DNA from: a virus
Taxonomy: Duplodnaviria > Heunggongvirae > Uroviricota > Caudoviricetes
Direction: 5' to 3' (one strand)
Virus record (IMG/VR): IMGVR_UViG_2563366959_000014
Length of the DNA stretch: 14,999 nt
Part shown: in pieces, positions 1-7,570 of the stretch
How positions within the stretch are numbered: position 1 is the stretch's first letter
Layout of the letters: each line of letters begins with the position of its first letter
Made by a program: the position numbers and the translations under genes
The notes under the pieces: generated by a model
What the model saw: only the letters and a program-made list of their open reading frames with translations
Told to the model about the DNA's origin: nothing
Database searches by the model: none

Positions 1-165
1 ATGGCAAAGCCGATCATCACGCTCAATGGCCTAAAAATCGTCATTATGTTGGGAATGCTGGTCATTATTCTCTGCGGTATCCGTTTTGCCGCCGAGATCA
101 TCGTGCCGTTTATTCTCGCATTATTTATTGCTGTTATATATAACTTATTTCACTTAACGCATTGA
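1..165 (+). pseudogene. tqsA: 5' fragment of an AI-2E family membrane transporter (TqsA-like); after codon 46 the frame runs into unrelated AT-rich sequence and stops at codon 55
   Basis: Translation [45 protein letters not shown] matches my recollection of the E. coli TqsA/YdgG N-terminus; the following IYNLFHLTH* does not. The ORF is far too short for a transporter. Identity is recalled, not searched. Confidence 0.45.
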
Positions 166-251
166 TTTAATTAAATAATTTACACCACAAAAAGTGCCAA
201 AAATCGCAAAATGACTACACCAGTGACTACACCGTTCGGTGCACTGTATGA

Positions 252-277
252 AACAACGTGGAACAAATAGACACAAG
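252..277 (+). promoter_or_regulatory. Copy A of a composite direct-repeat site (AACAACGTGGAACAA then ACACAAG)
   Basis: Exact 13-mer AACAACGTGGAAC at 252-264, also present at 7749-7761 (+) and 13702-13714 (-); flanking bases also similar. Confidence 0.4.
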
Positions 278-596
278 AAATATAAAGGCGGGTCATCTTT
301 CCAGGGGGAAGCGCACCAATTCATGAGGGGCGTTAATGTCGATATGGGGATCCCCACCTACCGGAATTTTTGCCAGGTTAAATGTTAATCAGGCTGGTGG
401 GCTTTACATACCCTTGATCACGGTAATGATGATTCAGGTGCGTACCTTTTCCCCAGTGGGGTAAAAGCTCCAACCGTAACGATGTTCGTTGTGGTTGCCT
501 TGATGGTCTGCGTGGTCATTATGACCATTCAGAATTTGAAGGGTGATGTTTCCGATCTCCTCAAATTGAGGTTGCCGGAAATATCAACGGGTTAGG

Positions 597-620
597 CCAG
601 AGTGCAAATTTGCACTCTGG
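597..620. repeat. 24-bp perfect palindrome CCAGAGTGCAAATTTGCACTCTGG
   Basis: Read directly; the reverse complement is identical. No flanking T-run on either strand, so not a classical terminator. Confidence 0.6.
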
Positions 621-642
621 AACAATTCCAACCAGTAATCAG

Positions 643-670
643 CGCAATTTTGCGCTTTGCTTTAAGTTCA
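643..670. repeat. 28-bp direct repeat, copy 1 (CGCAATTTTGCGCTTTGCTTTAAGTTCA)
   Basis: Identical 28-mer recurs at 862-889; each copy lies 14-22 bp downstream of a perfect palindrome. Confidence 0.6.
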
Positions 671-678
671 GCGAGTAA

Positions 679-702
679 CCGAAGGCGGAATTCCGCCCTC
701 GG
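679..702. repeat. GC-rich near-palindrome CCGAAGGCGGAATTCCGCCCTCGG (perfect core GGCGGAATTCCGCC)
   Basis: Read directly; 14-bp perfect palindromic core at 684-697, extended arms with one mismatch. Confidence 0.5.
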
Positions 703-828
703 TACTCACATATGAGAAACGATATTTCTTCCACCGATACCCTTTATTTGGGTATCGCGAGTAAGCCCCAAAATCTGGGTGTTACTCTTACTACCCAAAC
801 TACGGGTATTTTCCGTAATTTCATGGTC

Positions 829-848
829 GAGTTGCAGATCTGCAACTC
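829..848. repeat. 20-bp perfect palindrome GAGTTGCAGATCTGCAACTC
   Basis: Read directly; the reverse complement is identical. Confidence 0.6.
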
Positions 849-861
849 ACCCACCAGCCAA

Positions 862-889
862 CGCAATTTTGCGCTTTGCTTTAAGTTCA
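862..889. repeat. 28-bp direct repeat, copy 2
   Basis: Exact match to 643-670; ends 6 bp before the stop of the 93-aa minus-strand gene. Confidence 0.6.
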
Positions 890-894
890 ACCAG

Positions 895-1176
895 TTACCG
901 CCGTAACCGCTCCGGCTTCTTCCAGTGGTACGTAATTTTTGCTTTTTCCCTGTACGTCTGCACGCGGCGACGGTAGGCCAGCATTTCAAGAACGCGGATC
1001 CGTATGTTGCGCATATCCACATCATTAAGCTGGATACCATCACGGCGCATCACCTCAGCAACAACACGCGCATAATTTTCGGCGGTCACGCTGTCCGGCT
1101 GCGTGGCCTGTTCGTCATGCTGCTGGCTGATTCCAGAGACGCGGCGGATTAATCGCAGTATTTCGGCTTCTGTCAT
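895..1176 (-). CDS. Hypothetical protein (93 aa), last gene of the packaging operon
   Basis: ATG at 1176 with GAGGT Shine-Dalgarno, about 14 bp after the TerL stop, same strand. No family recognised. Confidence 0.5.
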   Translation of the reverse strand: MTEAEILRLIRRVSGISQQHDEQATQPDSVTAENYARVVAEVMRRDGIQLNDVDMRNIRIRVLEMLAYRRRVQTYREKAKITYHWKKPERLRR

Positions 1177-1189
1177 GCTGCTGACCTCA

Positions 1190-2851
1190 TTACACCCCGC
1201 TAAATTCTTCCAGTTTCTGGCGGTGGCTGTCGCTTATATCAAAAGCAAAATCCTCATGCTCTGCCTGGAATGTACCAAACGCCATCAGCGCCGCTACGCT
1301 CGGGTCTATCTTGTTCGGTGATTTTTTCTTGTTCGGCTTGATATTGGCGTTCGCGTCACTCTGCATCACGACGTTACTCATCGACCAGGACAACACCGGA
1401 TCGCCACGATGCACAATCACCCTGCGGTTAACAAAAACTTCGAACGATTTCGCCGCCGGACTGAATCTGAGGTAGGTTTGCGGGAACGGCTCCACCTCAA
1501 AACCAGCCCCCTGTAATTGCGTTCTCAGGTGCGTGGCGTTCCACGTATCAAAGCCCACCAGCCTGATATTAAATTTCTCCGCATCCTGCATGATGTCATC
1601 TCTGATCCGGTCGTAATCAATGCAGTCACCTGGCGTTGTGCGTATCCAGCCCGCTTTAGCCCACTGGCGATAGACAGCGCGGTTTTTATTGGCGGGGTTC
1701 TGTAGCTGGAACTCCGGCAGATAATGACGGGAAATCAGCATAATGGTTTTACCAACCGGAAAGGCATAGCACACGCTGGAAATATCGCTGGTTGATGATA
1801 AGTCCAGCCCCGCGTAACACTCCTGCCCGTGTAAATCTTCCTCCGTGAACGTTCCGGCACACTCAGCCCATGCGCCGTAACCCATCCACGGGGTAGCCCC
1901 CTGGCACCAGATATTAAATCGCTTTGTCATCATCTCCACCCATTGCGACGGAATACCCCGCGCTTTCTGGATGGTTGAGGCCAGTTTTTCACGATCCACG
2001 GAAACATCGATGTTAGGGTTAGCCTTTATCCACATCGCCGGATCATCAACCTCGTTTTCGTCGTCCAGCTCGTAAATCAGCACAAAAATTGAATCGTTGA
2101 CCTCTTCGCCGTCCAGGATCTGGCAGCAATAATCATAGTGCTGTTTACAGGCTGAAACGACGTTACTGCCCGATGTGGTAATGGCAAATAACAGCCCTTC
2201 GGGACGTGCGCCCATCCCCAGCTCAAGCGCGGAATAAACGCCGTTATCGGGGTGTAGGTGGTATTCGTCCACGATGGAAAGGCTTGGGTTTGTGCCCTCG
2301 ATGGTTGCCGCTTTTGCTGCCAGCGGCTTTAACAGGCTGTTGCTTTTCGGGTGCATCACCTTGTGGGCCTGAATATTCACCCGCCTGCGTAACGGTCGGG
2401 ATAAAAGGCACATCTGACGCGCATCATCAAAAACGATCCGCGCCTGGTCACGGCTCACCGCTGCGGTGTAGATATCCTGCTGCCCGTTCTCCATAATCAG
2501 AAACCAGTTAGCCAGAATCGCGGCGGTCGTGGATTTCGCATTTTTGCGCGGCACTTCGATAAAGGCGCTCGTGTATTTGCGCCGTCCGGTGGCCTTAACC
2601 TTAAAGCCGAGGATGCACGCAAAGGCGAACTGCTGCCACGGCTCCAGCTCAATGGGTCTGCCACGCATCGGCCCTTTTACGTGCGGGCACACCCTGGAAA
2701 AGGCAATAAACCGCTCCACGACCTCACGATCGAACGTATAAAGGGGGTTTTTAAGGTCAGAAAAGTACCGTTTAACGGCCTGTTTCAGCCGTTTACAGGC
2801 CGGAATTTTGCCCGTTTTTACGTCTTCTGCGTACTTATTCCAGGCGGTCAA
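1190..2851 (-). CDS. Terminase large subunit (TerL)
   Basis: 553 aa with N-terminal ATPase region and C-terminal nuclease-like region typical of HK97-type large terminases. Starts with TTG (AGAGGA Shine-Dalgarno upstream), overlapping the TerS 3' end by 17 nt. Confidence 0.9.
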   Translation of the reverse strand: MTAWNKYAEDVKTGKIPACKRLKQAVKRYFSDLKNPLYTFDREVVERFIAFSRVCPHVKGPMRGRPIELEPWQQFAFACILGFKVKATGRRKYTSAFIEVPRKNAKSTTAAILANWFLIMENGQQDIYTAAVSRDQARIVFDDARQMCLLSRPLRRRVNIQAHKVMHPKSNSLLKPLAAKAATIEGTNPSLSIVDEYHLHPDNGVYSALELGMGARPEGLLFAITTSGSNVVSACKQHYDYCCQILDGEEVNDSIFVLIYELDDENEVDDPAMWIKANPNIDVSVDREKLASTIQKARGIPSQWVEMMTKRFNIWCQGATPWMGYGAWAECAGTFTEEDLHGQECYAGLDLSSTSDISSVCYAFPVGKTIMLISRHYLPEFQLQNPANKNRAVYRQWAKAGWIRTTPGDCIDYDRIRDDIMQDAEKFNIRLVGFDTWNATHLRTQLQGAGFEVEPFPQTYLRFSPAAKSFEVFVNRRVIVHRGDPVLSWSMSNVVMQSDANANIKPNKKKSPNKIDPSVAALMAFGTFQAEHEDFAFDISDSHRQKLEEFSGV

Positions 2852-3191
2852 GCTCGTCCTCTTCTTCTGTTTCCGGTGGATTTTTACGGCGGCTTATCGG
2901 GTCAAAACCGAGCAAAGAGGCCATTTTTATCATCACTCTTTCCGCGTCGGATTTCGCGCTTAATGCGGGGTTTCTGCTCTCGCCGCCCTGACTGTTAACA
3001 ATGCTGAACCCGCGCGCCGCAAGGTCTGCGACGGCTTTCCGGTATATTGAGTAATTGACGCAATACAGTTCCAGATTACTCCAGTCGGCAGGGGTCAGGT
3101 CTCCCCGTTCCGCAAGCTGCCGCGATTTTTCCCGCCACTGCTTCACGGCGATATCATCCAGGTAGGCGGGGGCTTTCGGTGGTCTTGCCAT
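2835..3191 (-). CDS. Terminase small subunit, P27-family-like (TerS)
   Basis: 118 aa; sequence pattern (PKAPAYLD...LTPADWSNLELYCVNYSIY...ESRNPAL) fits P27-family small terminases; directly upstream of TerL. Confidence 0.85.
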   Translation of the reverse strand: MARPPKAPAYLDDIAVKQWREKSRQLAERGDLTPADWSNLELYCVNYSIYRKAVADLAARGFSIVNSQGGESRNPALSAKSDAERVMIKMASLLGFDPISRRKNPPETEEEDELDRLE

Positions 3192-3240
3192 GCTTATTTT
3201 TTCGCCAGATTATTTTTCAAAAAATTACCGTGCATAAAAA

Positions 3241-3310
3241 TTTGGGGAGGCGGTCGGTTCTGGGCGGGGTCGGGTTCGTCCTGAAAACTCCCCCCACCCC
3301 GTCCGGCTGC
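3241..3310. other. Candidate cos / packaging-recognition region (G-rich block followed by C-rich block)
   Basis: GGGGAGGCGGTCGGTTCTGGGCGGGGTCGGG followed by CCCCCCACCCCGTCCGG, embedded in an AT-rich gap between HNH and TerS, where HNH-dependent cos phages place cos. Positional inference only. Confidence 0.3.
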
Positions 3311-3314
3311 CTCA

Positions 3315-3488
3315 TCAGCGATTGCGGAAACATTCCATAACCTCGCGGTCACGGTCGTTTAATCGCGTCGCTGTGATGCGTTCTGCGCGTCCTGATGCTT
3401 TATCTTTATGCCCTGTTTCCTGTGCCTTCCATGCGTCACGCTGCCTTATAAGTCCACGGATAAGGCGGTTTTGTTCCCGCTCATTCAT
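3315..3488 (-). CDS. Small charged hypothetical protein (57 aa)
   Basis: ATG at 3488 overlaps the HNH stop (3481-3483) in the arrangement ATGAATGA, suggesting translational coupling. No family recognised; could be spurious. Confidence 0.35.
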   Translation of the reverse strand: MNEREQNRLIRGLIRQRDAWKAQETGHKDKASGRAERITATRLNDRDREVMECFRNR

Positions 3489-3921
3489 CAGCGCCATACA
3501 TCCAGTTATTGCGGTTAGCGCCCCGTTCTTCCTCCTCACGGAATCCACCCGCAGCACGCTTGTTTTTTGTGGACGGATCAAGCCATTTCGTTTTCTGGTT
3601 ATGACACGCCTGGCACAATGGCTGATGATTCCACTCAGGCCAGAAGAGAACATCATTACCGCCATCGATTGGGATAATGTGATCCACCACCACGGCGGGC
3701 GTGTATATTCCTTTTTCCAGGCAATGCGCACATAACGGGTTTTTACTCAGATACATGGCGCGGTATTTCTCCCACTGCCTCGTATACCCTCGCTCCCTGC
3801 TGCTGCCTCTCCGGCTGTCCTGCTGCTGGCGTGCGCTGCGTCTGTGCTCCTCACACTTGCCGGACTTCACGCGCCTGTTGCAGCCTGGTTCTGTACATCG
3901 TCTTAATGGTTGCCACGGCAT
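3481..3921 (-). CDS. HNH endonuclease (terminase-associated)
   Basis: 146 aa with cysteine-rich N-terminus and the motif VDHIIPI...N.QPLCQACHNQKT; sits next to TerS/TerL as in cos-packaging HK97-like systems. Confidence 0.9.
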   Translation of the reverse strand: MPWQPLRRCTEPGCNRRVKSGKCEEHRRSARQQQDSRRGSSRERGYTRQWEKYRAMYLSKNPLCAHCLEKGIYTPAVVVDHIIPIDGGNDVLFWPEWNHQPLCQACHNQKTKWLDPSTKNKRAAGGFREEEERGANRNNWMYGADE

Positions 3922-4217
3922 CAGTACACCCCCACATCACGGTAAGCCGTCCAGAGTGCGCCAATCGTCATGGGTACGTGTGTTTTTGCGTTATCCGCGA
4001 CAATCTGGCGATTCTCATACAGGTGAGCGATAAACATCATGCAGCCAATCTTTATGGCTGGCGTGAACTCCAGCCCGTCATCAAAGCGCCTGCCTATGTG
4101 TATCTGGCACGCCTCAAGCGATGCGGCAATGTATCCGCTGATTAACTGGTCTTCCTCGTCGCCATCGATGCGGCAATGGAGTTTCACTTCTTCCAGGGTG
4201 ATAAGTTCTTCTGTCAT
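3921..4217 (-). CDS. gp6-like head-tail connector protein
   Basis: 98 aa; N-terminus LITLEEVKLHCRIDGDEEDQLISGYIAAS matches the gp6-like connector pattern. Start and stop overlap neighbouring genes. Confidence 0.8.
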   Translation of the reverse strand: MTEELITLEEVKLHCRIDGDEEDQLISGYIAASLEACQIHIGRRFDDGLEFTPAIKIGCMMFIAHLYENRQIVADNAKTHVPMTIGALWTAYRDVGVY

Positions 4218-4552
4218 TTTTCCGCGCCCTCACGACAAAGAATTTCAAGGCGTGTCCTGGCGGCATCCGGCAGCGGCTGCCCGATGATATTCAGTACACG
4301 CCCCGCCAGCGGCCCCGTATTGACCTTTATCCGGCTGGTGGCGTTGATGTCCTTCCGGTACCGTATCCAGATCCTTACGGTACCAATCGCCAGCTCTGCA
4401 CCCGATGAAATGGCCTCCTTGCTGCTGACCATGTTCACGCTTGCCCAGAGTGTGTGACCGTCCTCCCACGTTTCGAGTATTTCTCCCGTCATGGCTCTGG
4501 TCTGTTTCAGGGTCTGAATCGTTACCCTGTCACGCAGTCGCCCTATGTTCAT
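4214..4552 (-). CDS. Head closure / head-tail adaptor protein
   Basis: Begins MNIGRLRDRVTIQ, with the IRYR and NIIG motifs typical of head-tail joining proteins; ATG at 4552 overlaps the portal stop (ATGA). An alternative start at 4594 is possible. Confidence 0.8.
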   Translation of the reverse strand: MNIGRLRDRVTIQTLKQTRAMTGEILETWEDGHTLWASVNMVSSKEAISSGAELAIGTVRIWIRYRKDINATSRIKVNTGPLAGRVLNIIGQPLPDAARTRLEILCREGAEK

Positions 4553-5760
4553 TCCGGTTTTTCTCCCTCGCTGATTTTTACTTCCTGTTTCCATGCCTGG
4601 CTGAACTCATCACCACCATCACGCGGAGACAACCCTTCTCGTTCGCGGGCTTCGTTCGGGCACATAACACCGGATTTGATGCCTCGCTCATAGGTGGCAA
4701 AGCGTTCGCCAGGTGTGGCCCGTAACAGGTCCGCGCTGTCAAACTCCACCTGATACCGGATACCAGGTACAGGCGAGACCACCAGCAAAGCGTTTTTTAT
4801 CTGCTGCTCAAAGTTCGCCAGCCACGGGCGCATCGTCATGGTGAGAAATGCGCGGCTTGCCTCGCTGAAATTGCTGTAGGTGCTGTTGCTGTATTCCTGC
4901 AGAAAAATCGGCGAGACGTTGAACATTCGGGCGATGTCTTCAATGGTGAAGCGACGGGAGGCCAGCCATTCGGCGTCCTGGTTACTCATGCCCAGCTGCT
5001 GGTAACTCATGCCCCCTTCAAGGATGGGCGTTTTTCCGGCGTTTTTGGCCCCTTTATAGCGTTCCAGTGCGGCTAATGCCTGTTTGCCTTTCACGCCGTC
5101 CAGCCATTCGCCTGACGTGATAACCCCTGCCGCCATCATGCCATCACGCATCACGCTCGCGCCGTGGCGTTGTTGGGCCAGCCCAAGCCCCAGCGATTCG
5201 CGGCAGATGGTTACGGGTGAGCGCCCCATAAAGCCGTCATCCGTGGAGTAACGAAGGTGAAGTACTTCCCACGGTAAATAGTTGCGGGTGTTTCCGGTGT
5301 AGGCGTCAGTGATGCAATAGCGCCAGTTGTGTTCTCCTGTCTGCTCCACGTTCACCGACTGCGGCGGGTAAGGATGTAAAGCCGCCGGAAAACCATCACG
5401 CCCCCACTGAATCACCGCGTAAGCATTACCGTTTAACAGGCAGTGGCGGATCATCATTCGCTTAAACTGGTAGGGAGTCTGCCACGCGTTCGGGCGCTCG
5501 TTGAGGATGTGATCGACCGGATGAGAATCAAGCCACTCGCGGGCCTCCTTCCCCTTCTCATTGCGTACCAGGTACAGGTAACACGGCATAGTAGCCACCG
5601 CCTCAGAGATGACCGTGACGGCGTTCATGACGGCGGGCAGTGATTCCGCTGTCCCCGATGATACATACTCACCCGCCCCCGTGTTTAATGTACCAGCCAG
5701 CGCCATAAATTCATCAAGCGTCATGCTGCGCTGCTCTTTTTTTCTTCTGAAAGGCCACAT
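4549..5760 (-). CDS. Portal protein, HK97 family
   Basis: 403 aa, portal-like sequence features; ATG at 5760 one nt after the protease stop, GGGGGTG Shine-Dalgarno. Confidence 0.9.
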   Translation of the reverse strand: MWPFRRKKEQRSMTLDEFMALAGTLNTGAGEYVSSGTAESLPAVMNAVTVISEAVATMPCYLYLVRNEKGKEAREWLDSHPVDHILNERPNAWQTPYQFKRMMIRHCLLNGNAYAVIQWGRDGFPAALHPYPPQSVNVEQTGEHNWRYCITDAYTGNTRNYLPWEVLHLRYSTDDGFMGRSPVTICRESLGLGLAQQRHGASVMRDGMMAAGVITSGEWLDGVKGKQALAALERYKGAKNAGKTPILEGGMSYQQLGMSNQDAEWLASRRFTIEDIARMFNVSPIFLQEYSNSTYSNFSEASRAFLTMTMRPWLANFEQQIKNALLVVSPVPGIRYQVEFDSADLLRATPGERFATYERGIKSGVMCPNEAREREGLSPRDGGDEFSQAWKQEVKISEGEKPE

Positions 5761-5761
5761 A

Positions 5762-6319
5762 TCACACCCCCGCTAAATCCACCCACCAGCGGCGATTATC
5801 CGCACGCGGCATTTTTTCGGGGTGCTGCTCATACAGGGAACGGCGGACCAGCTCCACACCGGAATCGGGGTAAGCCGGTACGGATGTGACGGTAATTTCG
5901 TACAGTTCCGCAACCAGCACGGTGCGCACGCATGGATCTGTTGTGGTATCCCATACATCCTTACGGGAACGAAAGCCAAAGCTCATGCCGGATATATCAC
6001 CACGCTTAACCAGTTCGATAACGTCCCGCCCTGTACTGGTATCCGGTGGCGTCAGTTCAAAGCGTAACCCTGTGTCGTCCTCTTCCAGTTTCAGCGAGCC
6101 GGAACGGGTGCGCCCCAGTAACATGCTGTGGTCATGCTCATACAGGCCGCGAACGTCATTACCCGCCGCAAGCCACTCAGTAAACGCCCCCCGCTGAAAT
6201 TTTTCGTAAAACTCACCCCATAGCAGATCAGAAAGGTTATTCCAGCGAACAACGTAACCCGTCAGCGTGTTGCTGGCGCTGGTGGTGATTTCCGATGACC
6301 GGATTTCCATACTCTTCAT
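5762..6319 (-). CDS. Prohead maturation protease, HK97 family
   Basis: Sequence pattern (GYVVRWNNLSD...ISGMSFGF...EITVTSVPAYPDSG) fits HK97-type prohead proteases. Start chosen at the internal ATG at 6319 (MKSMEIR); the longer ORF to 6433 would overlap the capsid gene. Confidence 0.85.
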   Translation of the reverse strand: MKSMEIRSSEITTSASNTLTGYVVRWNNLSDLLWGEFYEKFQRGAFTEWLAAGNDVRGLYEHDHSMLLGRTRSGSLKLEEDDTGLRFELTPPDTSTGRDVIELVKRGDISGMSFGFRSRKDVWDTTTDPCVRTVLVAELYEITVTSVPAYPDSGVELVRRSLYEQHPEKMPRADNRRWWVDLAGV

Positions 6320-6344
6320 AATTTTTTTCACCCATAAAACACTA

Positions 6345-6364
6345 AAGGGGCTTTTTAGCCCCTT
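6345..6364 (-). terminator. Stem-loop between capsid and protease genes (possible partial terminator or attenuator)
   Basis: AAGGGGC / GCCCCTT 7-bp stem with a 6-nt loop, 10 nt after the capsid stop, followed on the minus strand by a moderately U-rich stretch. Confidence 0.35.
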
Positions 6365-6374
6365 CTGTATGCTG

Positions 6375-7532
6375 TTAATCGTCGTCCTGTGGCAGTTCCA
6401 GAATCTTGATCGCGTTCGAATCCACCACGCCACCGCCTAAATATTTCTGCGTGAAAATTTTGATGAATCCTGGTTCTGTCAGGTTGTCCGGTCTGGTGCG
6501 AACACCCGTTTCGTGATCAACAATGTAGTAACCGCGTTTGAAGTCACCCAGGGCAATAACGTTATCCGGCATAAACTCCAGATATTCGACCGGAAGGCCC
6601 AGCAACGTATCAGGATCACCAGCCTGTAAACGGTCGCGCCAGATGTAATCACCGTTCGCGTTCTTCACCTTCTGAAGTTTTGCCGCCGTCGTGGAGTTAA
6701 CCACCCAGACCGCGTTTTTGCGGTATTTTTTACGTAATGCAAATTTCAGGTCGATCAGCGGGTCCGCAGATGTCCACGCAAGAGACTCAGAAGGCTTAAT
6801 TACCTGCAACGTACCAAAATCACGCTCTTTGTCGTTCTTCTCTGCACGGGGTACGGATAAAAAGCCTTTTGCTTTTTTGTCACCGTCGCCCACAACCAGA
6901 TCGCTTTCTTCGATTTCCGTGAAGGTGTCGCCAATCTCGCCCGTCAGCCATGAAAGGATGTCCACATCGGAAAAATCCACGATTTCCTGTGTGGTGCGCG
7001 GGTACGCATAGACCGGATACAGCTTAATGCTCACCTCGTTAATCTGCGGGGTGCTGGTCTGTTCGCGTGACTTACCCTCTTCACCGTGGTTAACGGTCGC
7101 ACCGCCAGCGGAAACAAGCTGCTTAAACTCGTTGCTGCTGATTTTCTTCACGGTACAGATGCGGCGCATGGTGGATTCATCCGCCAGCATTCGCATGATT
7201 TCGGTGTTCAGTTCAGGGATAACGGTATAACCACCATCAGCGGGGACACCTGTACTTAATGCGCGGGTTTCACCTGTCAGGATGTAGTTGCGGAGTTCTG
7301 CCGGGTCAGTGGTCTGGCTGCTTTTACCTGGCTTGCTGCGATCTTCGTCTGCAATGGCTTCAAGGCGGGAAATGTCTTTATCGAGGGATTCAGCTTTAGC
7401 GCGTAATTCGTCAAATTTTGCGCCCTCTGCATCGTTAAGGCTGCGGTTTTCTTTTTCCGCGTTCTCCAGCATGTCGCGCATCTGATTTTTAATGGCGGTT
7501 TTCTGCTGGCGTAATTCGATTATTCTCGGCAT
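6375..7532 (-). CDS. Major capsid protein, HK97 fold
   Basis: 385 aa from the ATG at 7532 (MPRIIELRQQ); N-terminal coiled-coil-like delta-domain region followed by a capsid-like body; directly upstream of protease and portal. Confidence 0.9.
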   Translation of the reverse strand: MPRIIELRQQKTAIKNQMRDMLENAEKENRSLNDAEGAKFDELRAKAESLDKDISRLEAIADEDRSKPGKSSQTTDPAELRNYILTGETRALSTGVPADGGYTVIPELNTEIMRMLADESTMRRICTVKKISSNEFKQLVSAGGATVNHGEEGKSREQTSTPQINEVSIKLYPVYAYPRTTQEIVDFSDVDILSWLTGEIGDTFTEIEESDLVVGDGDKKAKGFLSVPRAEKNDKERDFGTLQVIKPSESLAWTSADPLIDLKFALRKKYRKNAVWVVNSTTAAKLQKVKNANGDYIWRDRLQAGDPDTLLGLPVEYLEFMPDNVIALGDFKRGYYIVDHETGVRTRPDNLTEPGFIKIFTQKYLGGGVVDSNAIKILELPQDDD

Positions 7533-7540
7533 AAAAAAAA

Positions 7541-7570
7541 GTCCTGGGGTTAAGTAAGGAACTCCAGGAC
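7541..7570 (-). promoter_or_regulatory. Stem-loop followed by U8, immediately 5' of the capsid start codon
   Basis: GTCCTGG / CCAGGAC stem with a 16-nt loop, then eight T on the minus strand running straight into the capsid ATG; the only AGGA-like Shine-Dalgarno lies in the 3' stem arm. Confidence 0.3.

Noticed and set aside
154-357. 67-aa minus-strand ORF in the left AT-rich region
   Set aside because: No ribosome-binding site, Cys/Trp/His-rich low-complexity translation, and overlaps the conserved regulatory 13-mer; likely non-coding.
712-1043. Plus-strand ORFs 712-906 and 779-976 and minus-strand ORF 744-1043 in the left region
   Set aside because: They overlap the palindrome and direct-repeat modules and the better-supported 93-aa gene, and have no start signals. 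They are treated as non-coding.
3322-3735. 137-aa plus-strand ORF (and the 138-aa minus-strand ORF 3315-3731) overlapping the HNH gene
   Set aside because: They are antisense to or out of frame with a clearly conserved HNH endonuclease. Only the short 3315-3488 tail that starts after the HNH stop is retained as tentative.
6414-6423. GTTCGAATCC, a tRNA T-arm-like motif
   Set aside because: It lies inside the major capsid coding sequence and has no surrounding acceptor or anticodon stem; a chance match.
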